From a virus (lineage: Duplodnaviria; Caudoviricetes), in IMG/VR virus record IMGVR_UViG_3300032240_000604, positions 1-26,589 of that record: 26,589 nt of DNA; one strand, written 5' to 3'. Of the stretch, positions 7,886 to 17,700 are shown piece after piece. The first letter of the stretch is position 1. Each line of letters starts with the position of its first letter. Both the position numbers and the translations under genes were made by a program. The notes beneath the pieces were generated by a model, which saw only the letters and a program-made list of their open reading frames with translations, had not been told where the DNA came from and searched no databases.

Positions 7886-10870
7886 ATGGACACACTCAGC
7901 TTCCTACGGGCGATCTTGCCGGAAGATGGGTATAAGTACGTTGGTCTAAGTCGCGCTGGAACCCCCGGCATTGCCCACAAAGCATATGACTCATTGGAGA
8001 CGATGGCACAAGCCATTGCTTCATACGATAATCAAACTAACTTAACTGTCTACCACGCATGCGCTGCATATAAAGAACCCTACTTTGAGGTTGAAGTTGA
8101 TGGAGCACTCAAGAAAAAATACCGAGGCCAACAAAACTGGTACAAGGCCAAATCTTTTTGGGCAGACATCGACTGCGGAGAAACCAAAGCGCAAGAAGGA
8201 AAGGGTTACGCGACTAAGAAGGATGCGGCTACAGCGATCATCTCGTTTTGCCGGAGTAACAGCTTACCTGATCCTATGCTTGTGGATAGTGGCGGAGGTA
8301 TCCATTGCTATTGGCCTCTTACCCAGCCCATTGGACCAAACAGTTGGCGTACTATCGCCGCTTCTTTTAAGGCTGCTTTGGCTGGCGCTGGTCTGTTGGT
8401 TGACCCTACTCGCACGGCTGACTTATCTTCAGTCCTTAGACCAGTTGGATCACATAACCGCAAACCCGGGCGGGACGTACGACAAGTAAAGGTAGTGCGC
8501 GATGGTTCACCTATCACGCCGCAAGAATTCCATACTGCAATCAAAGCTGCAGTTGCCAAGTACAACGTAATACCTGCACGTATTACACAAGCGGCTAACT
8601 TAAATGATGACTTAACGGCTCACCTTGGGCCTCAACTAGAGTCCTCTGCTGACGAAGCGGCTAACCACTGCAGTCAAATGCGCGTAATGCGCGACACACA
8701 AGGAGACGTCGACTATGAAACGTGGCGCGGTGTTATTGGGATTATCAAACATTGTGTTGAAGGTTACGACCTTGCTGAACAGTGGAGTGCAAATCGTGCG
8801 GCTACTGGGCACAGCAACACAGATACTAAAACACGCTTTGATACTTGGAGCGCTGGCCCTGCTACTTGTGAATATTTTCAAGGCTGTAACCCGACAGCCT
8901 GCGATGGATGCACCCATAAGGGAAATATCAAGTCACCAATCGTGTTGGGACGACTACTGCCTGAACCCGCTGAAACCACAGTAGAAGTTGTCAATGAAGC
9001 CAAGCCTGATGAAGTCTTGGAAGCCACTGTGCCTCCAATGCCTGAGGGGTATGAGTACAAATCAGAGCGCATGCTTCGGTTTATTAAAGATAAAGATGGC
9101 GTATTACAGCCCTATACGTTTTGCCATACATTGTTCTATCCAATTCAACGGATCAAGAAATCTGATGGGTCATTTGCGTTCACTATCCGTATGCACTTAC
9201 CTGACCAACGGGTACGAGATTTTGAAGTAGACACTGCGGCACTAGCTTCACCGGGCGATATGCTTAAAGCACTGTCCAAGTATGAACTTATGCCCTCTAA
9301 CAATAAGGATTCAACGATGCACATGACCGCGTACATACGCGACTCTATCCGTAAACTAATGGCTGAACAGCGTGAGACTGATACCCTGACTGCGTTTGGC
9401 TGGCGCGACAACATGAGTGGAGTATTGCTTGGAGACAGGCTATATCATCAAGATGGTTCTATCCGCAAGGTCTTTATTGGTGGCGCTGCTGCTGATCATC
9501 GCAACGCCTATCCTGAGCCTAGGGGTAGTCTTGCTGCTTATAGTCAAGCCGTCAACTACATATACAACCGCGAAAACAGCCAAGCCGCCCAGTACGTGTT
9601 CTGCAATGTGTACGGCTCCCTCATCACGCCATTCGGAGAAGACAGTTACAACGGCGCGTTAGTGGCTGTTAACTCAGGTGCATCTGGTAAGGGTAAAACT
9701 TCTGTGTGGCGCGCTGCGCTATACGGTATCTGTGATGCTAACAAGATGATCTTTGCTGGCAAAGAAGGTGCGACCCGTAACGCTCGTTGGGCTATCGTGG
9801 GTGCCCACAAGAACATACCAGTTGTGTTTGATGAGATGACGGACATGGACCCAGCCGAAGTAAGTTCAATGGCTTACACCACGTCACAAGGCACAGACCG
9901 AGCACGCCTTACATCATCAGGTGGCAAGGTAGGTTTTGCTGAGCAACACACGTGGAAGACTGTGGTTGGTTTAACTGCTAACGAAGACATGCACGCCAAG
10001 CTCGCATCACACAACGCCAATACACAGGCAGAAGCTGTGAGGATGATCGGGATCAACTTTGCGTCTTATAACGTGCCAATCATTGACCCCGCAGTGGAAG
10101 TATCCAATGCTATCGACACGATGCGCGAGAACATGGGCAATGCTGGGCATGAGTTTGTTAAGTACATTGTTACCCACCAACCGCAAGTTGCTGATCTATA
10201 CGCCAAGATAGAGAACAAGATGAGCCGCTTGATGCCGCAGTCTGAATATCGTTTCTTCCGTAGTCATGCAACTTGTACTTTGGTAGCGGCACGTATCTTG
10301 AATGACCTAAGCATCGTGGATTTTGACTACAACTTGCTAGAAGACTTTACTGTGCGTCTGATGACTGACCTAACTGCCGCAGTATCTAAGGGCAACATGA
10401 CTGACCCTGCAGAAGCCATCAATAGAATGGTGCGTGAGTTGTCTGGCCGTATCATAGTTACTGTTGGCTATCGTGACGTACGCACTGATGCTCGTGGCCC
10501 TGAAGAGTCTTTATCCCGCATCATGGGCGTGGCGGCTGGACGACGCATACTAGGCTCTCCCAACAAGAACAAAGGCGAGACGCTTGATCCCAAAATGGTT
10601 GGTAAATTATTTATCGCCAAGAAGGAGTTTATCGACTGGTGTTCCAAGAACCGTATGGAGCCAAAGGAAGTTATTAACTTTGCCAAAGAGCAGAAGTGGC
10701 TTGTCAAGGCACCGGATCGGTTCAACATTGGGCGGGGCACTGCGCACTCAACTGGCGCATGCGCTTGTTATTGTTTTGACTTTGCCGCTATGGAAGGCAC
10801 AGCAGAAAAAACTAGTGGCCCAGCTATTGTAAATATGGAAGAAGCTGCGGTATCATCCGTTGGCCAGTGA
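7886..10870 (+). CDS. primase-helicase (RepB/AEP-like primase, PriCT-2, DUF927, SF3 helicase)
   Basis: WADID and VDSGGGIHCYW primase motifs; DYETWRGVI (PriCT-2-like); Cys cluster CEYFQGCNPTACDGC; FGW; Walker A SGASGKGKT; Walker B VVFDE. Confidence 0.85.
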   Translation: MDTLSFLRAILPEDGYKYVGLSRAGTPGIAHKAYDSLETMAQAIASYDNQTNLTVYHACAAYKEPYFEVEVDGALKKKYRGQQNWYKAKSFWADIDCGETKAQEGKGYATKKDAATAIISFCRSNSLPDPMLVDSGGGIHCYWPLTQPIGPNSWRTIAASFKAALAGAGLLVDPTRTADLSSVLRPVGSHNRKPGRDVRQVKVVRDGSPITPQEFHTAIKAAVAKYNVIPARITQAANLNDDLTAHLGPQLESSADEAANHCSQMRVMRDTQGDVDYETWRGVIGIIKHCVEGYDLAEQWSANRAATGHSNTDTKTRFDTWSAGPATCEYFQGCNPTACDGCTHKGNIKSPIVLGRLLPEPAETTVEVVNEAKPDEVLEATVPPMPEGYEYKSERMLRFIKDKDGVLQPYTFCHTLFYPIQRIKKSDGSFAFTIRMHLPDQRVRDFEVDTAALASPGDMLKALSKYELMPSNNKDSTMHMTAYIRDSIRKLMAEQRETDTLTAFGWRDNMSGVLLGDRLYHQDGSIRKVFIGGAAADHRNAYPEPRGSLAAYSQAVNYIYNRENSQAAQYVFCNVYGSLITPFGEDSYNGALVAVNSGASGKGKTSVWRAALYGICDANKMIFAGKEGATRNARWAIVGAHKNIPVVFDEMTDMDPAEVSSMAYTTSQGTDRARLTSSGGKVGFAEQHTWKTVVGLTANEDMHAKLASHNANTQAEAVRMIGINFASYNVPIIDPAVEVSNAIDTMRENMGNAGHEFVKYIVTHQPQVADLYAKIENKMSRLMPQSEYRFFRSHATCTLVAARILNDLSIVDFDYNLLEDFTVRLMTDLTAAVSKGNMTDPAEAINRMVRELSGRIIVTVGYRDVRTDARGPEESLSRIMGVAAGRRILGSPNKNKGETLDPKMVGKLFIAKKEFIDWCSKNRMEPKEVINFAKEQKWLVKAPDRFNIGRGTAHSTGACACYCFDFAAMEGTAEKTSGPAIVNMEEAAVSSVGQ

Positions 10871-10904
10871 AGCCAACACTGGTCTTTTCTCTAGATGAGG
10901 GTTA

Positions 10905-10936
10905 CCCCCCGACGTAAAAATCGGGGGGCTTTTTAT
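10905..10936. terminator. terminator between the convergent early and late blocks
   Basis: CCCCCCGA-cgtaaaaa-TCGGGGGG 8-bp stem followed by CTTTTT on the + strand. Confidence 0.8.
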
Positions 10937-11181
10937 TTACCCCAGTTAGAAAAATTATGGACTATTTGAGTAATGATCGCACCAATAACACCGCCAGCGC
11001 CACCAAACATCATCAATACTTTCCAACCGCCCTTGGCTTCAGACAATGTGTTGTTAATTGATTGAAGAGTCTTTTTAATGTCGTCTATGTCAGAGACAAG
11101 CCTGTCCATGTCTTCTTGCAGATGTTTAATATCTGCGGCATGCGTGGCTAACTCACGAGCGGTTTCAATGGCGTCTGACAT
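10933..11181 (-). CDS. coiled-coil protein with C-terminal TM (XhlA/holin-like architecture)
   Basis: Heptad region followed by GGWKVLMMFGGAGGVIGAIIT. Confidence 0.7.
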   Translation of the reverse strand: MSDAIETARELATHAADIKHLQEDMDRLVSDIDDIKKTLQSINNTLSEAKGGWKVLMMFGGAGGVIGAIITQIVHNFSNWGK

Positions 11182-11182
11182 A

Positions 11183-11428
11183 TCAGCACTTCCATGCCCG
11201 TAGGCTTTTGTTAATCCTAGAGTTCGGGTCTTTCGCTGTTTTTTCGGACGTCAACTTCTTCTTCATCCCTTCCATGCGAGCACAGAATGAGTCTTTTCTT
11301 GATCCGCCTTCTGGTTGCGGCGGTTTCAAGTTGTGCCCTTCTTTCTTGGCAGATGCTCGCCCCTTGGCGTTCAAGCCGCCGTTGGGGTTCTGGCCTTCCT
11401 TGCGTTGCCATGCTGGTGATTTAGCCAT
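11183..11428 (-). CDS. small basic phage protein (DUF6321-like)
   Basis: MAKSPAWQRKEG...GGLNAKGRAS...SFCARM...SRINKSLRAWKC. The family name is from recall. ATG 11428 is preferred. Confidence 0.75.
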   Translation of the reverse strand: MAKSPAWQRKEGQNPNGGLNAKGRASAKKEGHNLKPPQPEGGSRKDSFCARMEGMKKKLTSEKTAKDPNSRINKSLRAWKC

Positions 11429-11430
11429 GT

Positions 11431-11721
11431 TTATTTCCCGTAAAAAATAGTTACGTTGTAACCAGCAGGAAATGTGACATAACAATCTGTTTCAAACAAA
11501 ACGCCGGGGCCGGGAATAATCACGTTACTAATATTATTTGCATTTCCGGGGACATCAATAATTATTGACGAAGTTCCGCCTGAACCACCATCTTTAAAAG
11601 TAAGCGTTCCTGCTGTTAAAGTACCAAGGCAGTTAATACTTTTTAAGTAAAAAGGGCCTGTAAATAATGTAGTACCAGAGGTACTGGTATGTGCTGACTT
11701 TATGCCTACTGGATCACTCAT
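11431..11721 (-). CDS. hypothetical beta-rich (virion?) protein
   Basis: GGAG SD; Gly/Thr-rich, beta-strand-like 96 aa. Confidence 0.75.
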   Translation of the reverse strand: MSDPVGIKSAHTSTSGTTLFTGPFYLKSINCLGTLTAGTLTFKDGGSGGTSSIIIDVPGNANNISNVIIPGPGVLFETDCYVTFPAGYNVTIFYGK

Positions 11722-11730
11722 GGTTTACTC

Positions 11731-14700
11731 CTAAATAATATTTGCAACAAATTGTTTGTTGGACTTTGAAGTTTCTACTCCATTGACCACAGAACGCTGG
11801 CGCTTACCTGCCGCCGAGACAGCCATAAACAGTTCAGACATTGGCTGAATTTTATACCCATTCTTGCGACGAGATGCTTGTAAGTCTTCCCAATCTTTAC
11901 GGGCATCAGCCATAGCACCTGAATCTCCGTCGCGGCTTGCGTCTACATACGCACCTTTAATCTCTGTCGCTTTGTCGGCATAGAACTTATCAAACTCAGC
12001 CTTAACATTCTGAGTATATTGGCGGTTTGTAATAGCCGTCGTGGGTAACCCAACAGCTTGGAACGCAGCGTCCACTATGCTGATATCTTCGGGTTTCATA
12101 ACCACATCACCGTTACGCATAGTAATACCTTCGTTTGCGTAGCGCACGCCCTTCATCGCATTGCCGATACCGTTGGGCATTAACAACTCCAGACCTTTGT
12201 AGTATTCACCCTTGCCAATCATGCCAGCGCCATCAATGAACTTGGGGGCTAAACCACCAAAGAATGGGCCCATCATTCCAACCATAACTTTTTCGTAGCC
12301 TGAACGGCTACTCAAGTCAACGTCAGTAAATGGCAGAATAGATGCGACGTTACCCATACCGAGTTTGCCACTGAGGTTTACACCCATAGCTGCAGGTACG
12401 CCGTTCAATAGCAAGTCTGCAAGCGTTTTATCACCAATGGCTTGGCGCAATTTGTACTCAAGGTCATCCGGTTCATCTTCGTCGCCGAATAACTTAACCA
12501 ATAGGTTTCCTATTTGCATAACAAACGGAACCCCAAGAGCGCCACCCAATACTGCCATGTGCCCTGTAATGAAAGACAGTGCGCGACGAGCAACCATTTT
12601 CTCCTCAGCTGACGCACCTTTGAATGATGTGTGGATGAGCTTGGCCAGCATGGATAACTGGATAATTTGGAAGCGCTTGAACTGACCAACCACACGACCT
12701 ACGTCAGAAGACAACACACGTGGGGTATTAAATCCGTCGTAAGAACCATGCGAGTTAGAGACAACTTCAGCAGCAAACTTAGTAGCCGCCTCTGTATTGT
12801 TAGCGCCATAGCGTTGGAGGTAGCCACGGTAGGCTGCGATGGCAGCTGTTGCGCGGTTGATTGTCTCAATGCGGTTGTTCACACCTTGGAGTTTGCGCAC
12901 TACCTTACCTAGTGTGCCTTGCTCTCCGGCACGGGCTTTGGCATCTGAATCAATACTAATATCAATCTTGCCCATACCCACTAGGGTTTGGAGCATACCG
13001 CGTACATCCGCCGGAGCCTTGCTAAAGTCAACATGGTCAGTAACTCCAAGACCTTTTACTAATGCACCTATGTCACTGTAAGCAGCTTTGATCGCACGGG
13101 CAGAACGGAAGTACCCAAGTCGCCCAGCCATGTAGGGTAAAGACAACACCCCAGTTTGGAGAATCTGTTGTAGGTAGAACGCAGGGCTAGTGGACAAGAA
13201 CCACAAAGATGTTGCCTGAGTTAATGCACGACTCAACAATGCAGGCTGCTTGTAATCCATGCTGTTGGATTGACGTGTGTACAACTCGTTGTACAGAGGC
13301 ATAGCCTCTTTGTAGTTACGACGGGCTTCTTCCCGCATTTTCTCAAGCGACCCAGTGATTTCGTCGTTGTGCTCCATCGTGGACAAGAAGTGAGCATCAG
13401 CCCGGCCGCTAGTGGCCAAGTTACGCATCATGTTCTCATTAGCACCATAGACATACTTACGGGCAATCTCAGACTTACGCGCACTGTTCTCAGCCGCAGT
13501 CATCAAGTACAAGTCACCGAGCAATTTATCTAGTTCTTCAGAGCCTTCACCCTTTTGGCGGTTGGCAAGGTTACGTGCACGGGAAACAGCAAGGTGTAAG
13601 TCATCCCCAATATAGGAAGCTGCAGCTTCTTTTGGCCCGGCCTCGGTGCCGTCCATATCAAACTTACCAGTAGCAATTAGCTCAGACGCTAGCTGGTCAG
13701 CCTCTCCTTGGGTTTCAGCAAACTGTACAACATAGTGATCAGGACTAGATACGTGATCATCCAACCATGCTTTGGCACGCTTAACGTCGAAGTCATTTAA
13801 CTTAGCGCGCTCTTCCCAGTGCTTGAACTCTTTGGACTTGGCTACAACGATATAGTCCCCATAACGTCCAAGGTATGCGTAAGGCACAGTAAAGTCGATG
13901 TTCTGCAATCTAGTCAGTCTAGACACCATCTCTTTGCGTTCTTTTTGCAGTTGCTCTAGGGCATCTGCATCACCAATAGCAGCACGTTCACGCTCAGCAA
14001 ACTCACGCTCCACTGCTTTGGACACAGCATTCTTCTTTAACTCAAGCGCGGTATACCCGTGATCAAACACATCTTTGATTATTTGCTGGGCATCATCAGG
14101 GAACGCATCGAACCTTGCAGCTAAGTCTTGGTCAGCTTCAAACAGTTCAGTACCAACACGATCTTCGCCGGGGTAGTAGCCCCATTTGCGTTTCATGGTG
14201 GAGTCAAGAATGTACCTATTAACGCTGTCTGCGCCAGTGCCTTGCAAGTTCTTAGGCAGTTTGTCGAAGTTTTCCAAGATACGCTCGATGCGCATCTCAA
14301 ATTCAAGGCGTGTCTTCTGACGGGCATACTGGGCATCAAGATAGTCTTTAGCCGAGCGCATGTACTTGCCAGCCATGTTGACCACATCTTCAGTAATAGC
14401 TGCGCTAAGCAGACCATTTCGGGCCGCAGTAATAATATTTGTAACTACAGACTTGGCAGGTCTAGCTGCCGCTGGAGGTAAGTAGTTGTCTAGCCCTTCG
14501 GAGAAGGACGCGCTTCGACTGGCAAGGCGCTCTGTTTCTCTTCGTCTTTGAATAGGATTGATACGGGCTTGACCGCCCGCGCTGGTGTTACGATTTCTGA
14601 ACGCGAGGGTTCTTTGCGCAGAAGTTGCTGCTGTTTGGATTTGAAGCGATTTTGTAGACTGGACATGTTTAATTACCTCTGCCATGAATGCGGCTGTTTG

Positions 14701-17700
14701 GGGGGCTACCTTTTCAAGTTTAGCTCGTCCCTTTGGATTTACATAGACACTAAATAACTGGGCAAACAATTCACCTTCAACCACTACATGGTTATCTATC
14801 TCTTTAAACTTTGAAGTGTTAAATGGATACTCAAGGTAGTCATTCCATCCAGCGTTTGTGTTGTATAGGTTGTACATCTCACGGGCAACTACACCCACTG
14901 GAGTAATCTTACCGTCCTTAACCACAACACTCATCTCAGGTTGGCCAGAGTAAATACCGCCATGAGGTGCCATATCTACAGCATGACCGACCTCATGGGT
15001 AACAGTTTCTATTGCGTGATCTGACGATGTCAATTTGGCTTGGTTTAGTACAACTTTGTACCGACCGCCCTGAGATACGATTTCGCCGTTGATAGCATCT
15101 TCAGCAGGGTCATTGATGGTTTCCCAGTCAGACACATAATCCATTGCATGGCCAATCCCCATGTCTTCTAGTTGTTTATTGGCGGCTTCAACACCGTCAA
15201 AATCAGCAGCTAAATCTTCTACAGCATAGAAAGACTTTGACTTACTGGCTAAACGCTCTTCCTCTTTGGCCACAACAGAACGAGTCTCAGCTTTACCTGT
15301 AACACTACCTTCGGTTGTCTCAATCGTTTGAGTCATTGCAGGGAATAGCTGAGCAATACCTTCATTGTTCTCCGGCATAACAAACATCAATGAACCATTA
15401 AGTTCATTTTTAGCGGGGATAAGGGTATCCACCATATTTTTATTGCTGACGTTAATACAACCCCAACTAATGCGGTTATCTGTTGGCGTCGGAGTAGCTA
15501 ATCGTTCTGGTCGTTTTTCAGAAGCCTCGCCTGTATATACAGCGTGTATAGCAATAATGCCATCGACTTGTCGGGTTTCAGCAAGGTCGTACCGGAAACC
15601 GCCATAGTATTCTGGGTCAGCCGTAAACTTTAAAGTAAATTTTCCAGCGGGGGTAATCTTTTTACCGCCTTGTAACGTATCACCTACATCACCGCCCAAC
15701 AAAGACGGGGCTTGCAAAATAGGGTTTCCATCTGCATGGAATACATGTAGCTGAGCATTGACTTTGTCAACAATCATGAAAGCTTTGTTGGCTTGCTTAG
15801 CAATGGGTGCTACGGCGGAGTAAGTAACTTGTGCAGCCTCAGACATCTTGGCTTTAGCAACATCCGGCACCGCAGCCCTGACTTCAGTAGTTTGTGAAAC
15901 TACACGAGGTAAGTTGAACTGGAAATTTACTTTGGCTAACGTAGGGTTAACCACTATGGCAGCAGCTAGTACACCTTGAGCCACCACTCGAATAATGTCA
16001 CGAATAGCAGCAGAAACTGCTTCAGCACCTTTGCTGGCGTAAGCAACTACATCTTCGCCTAGTTTGCTAAAGAAATCATCAGTGCCACGCTTGGCACCAT
16101 AGTGTTGTTCTAATCGAGTAGCCTGACCTTCGGTAAGTTTTTCTACCTCAGGTGCTAGCGTCTTAGCATCTCCAGTAATGCTTGGTGTTTCAGTGGTCCC
16201 CGCTTTGACAGTAGTCGTAAGCACCCGATTGGCAGCCGCAAGATTAGCCACGCCACGAGACGCGACATCATCCCATCTAATTTTTTCATCTTTGGTTAGT
16301 CCTTCATATGGAGGCATACCGGGGAACTGATCAGCCAAAGCCATCCACTGTTCTTCAGGTGTTTTTACTTCTTGCTTGACTTCTTCGACTGGCTTGGCTT
16401 CGACTTTGACCCTACGTGCTCCGGCAAGCTTTTTGGGTTTGGCGTTAGCTTTGCCCACTTCTTCGCCACTTCCGGCTGGTTGGCGAACATTTCCCTCATC
16501 TGTGCTTTCGACTTGAACGGCATTTTCAGTTTCCTTTGGTGCTTGTTTACCAGCTGTTGCGCGGACGCGAGCTTTTTCTTTCTTCTCAGCGTCAGCAATT
16601 TTTGCAGTTAGTTCTGCTACTTGCTTTTCTAAATCTTCTACACGCCCGTCATTGGCTTCGTTGGCAGCCTCCAGCTCATTGGACAAGTCCAAGTATTGCT
16701 GCATCAAGGCTTCCATCTTATTGCCTTCTTCGGCCAAATCAGATACGTTGGTCCGGTCTATTTTTCCGGTACCCTTACCTTGGTTATCGACACGCTCTTT
16801 AACATTCTGGATTTCCATGCCAGTGTTGATAAGGTCGCCCTCATCTACTGTTGTACCCAGAGCCCCATTAGTTGCATTTTCTGCATAGGCTTCACGAATA
16901 GTCTCAAGCCCATCCAATGCTTCCAATAAACTGACGTTCATTGTTTCGGCTTGGTAGTTAACCGCTTCTAAAAACTTGTCGAGGTTCTTTGTAATAAAAC
17001 GAGGATGCGTTTCACCCTTGTCTGTAATAGCATCAGACGCTAGTTCTTTGACGTACTGTTCAGTTACGCCGTACTCTTTAGCCAGTTCACCATAGTTACC
17101 ACGATTACCCTCTTCGGTAAGATACAGTAGAAGTTCAACTTTGCGATCTGACTTATAGATCATCCGCAACGCATTGCGTATTAGATTGGGGACCTCTTGG
17201 ACCCGTTGCTCTTCGTCTGACTGAGCTTGTAACTCTGAAGGAATTGCCCCAGTATATTCATTAGCTTGTCGTTCTGTGGCGTTTTGGGCGGTACTTGAAA
17301 CAGCTGCTTGCTGTTGACCAGTGGTTCCTTGGGTGGTTGCATTTTGTGCTCCGCTTACTTGCGCGTTCTGCGTGGGCTGACCAACATCATTGGCAACGGC
17401 GCTGCCATTGGCTCCTGCCCGTACTCCTTCTGCTGATAACTGTCCAGTTTGGAGACCAAGCGATCCCTCTCCGAGACCTGCTGTTCCGATGGGTTGAACT
17501 TGAGCGGGTCGTACAGGCCCATTTCCTCCATTGCTTGTTTCTCTTGCTCCGCCTTGGACTGGTACTTTTCGAACCCCGGCGTTGTTTTGCAGTTGTAGTT
17601 TTCCATTTTTAGCTCCTTTAGCTACTTCGGATTGTTGGCTGGCTATATAGCCAGAAGTATCCTCACCCGTTAAGGCTTGGTGAATTGCGTTAATCTGCTC

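Noticed and set aside
1009-10740. Antisense ORFs over the replication genes (and + strand ORFs over the late genes)
   Set aside because: They lie opposite well-supported genes and show no motifs or RBS.
10862-10883. Hairpin GGCCAGTG-aagccaa-CACTGGTC over the primase stop codon
   Set aside because: It may be an auxiliary terminator stem, but the stronger hairpin at 10905-10928 explains termination. There is no evidence for a separate element.
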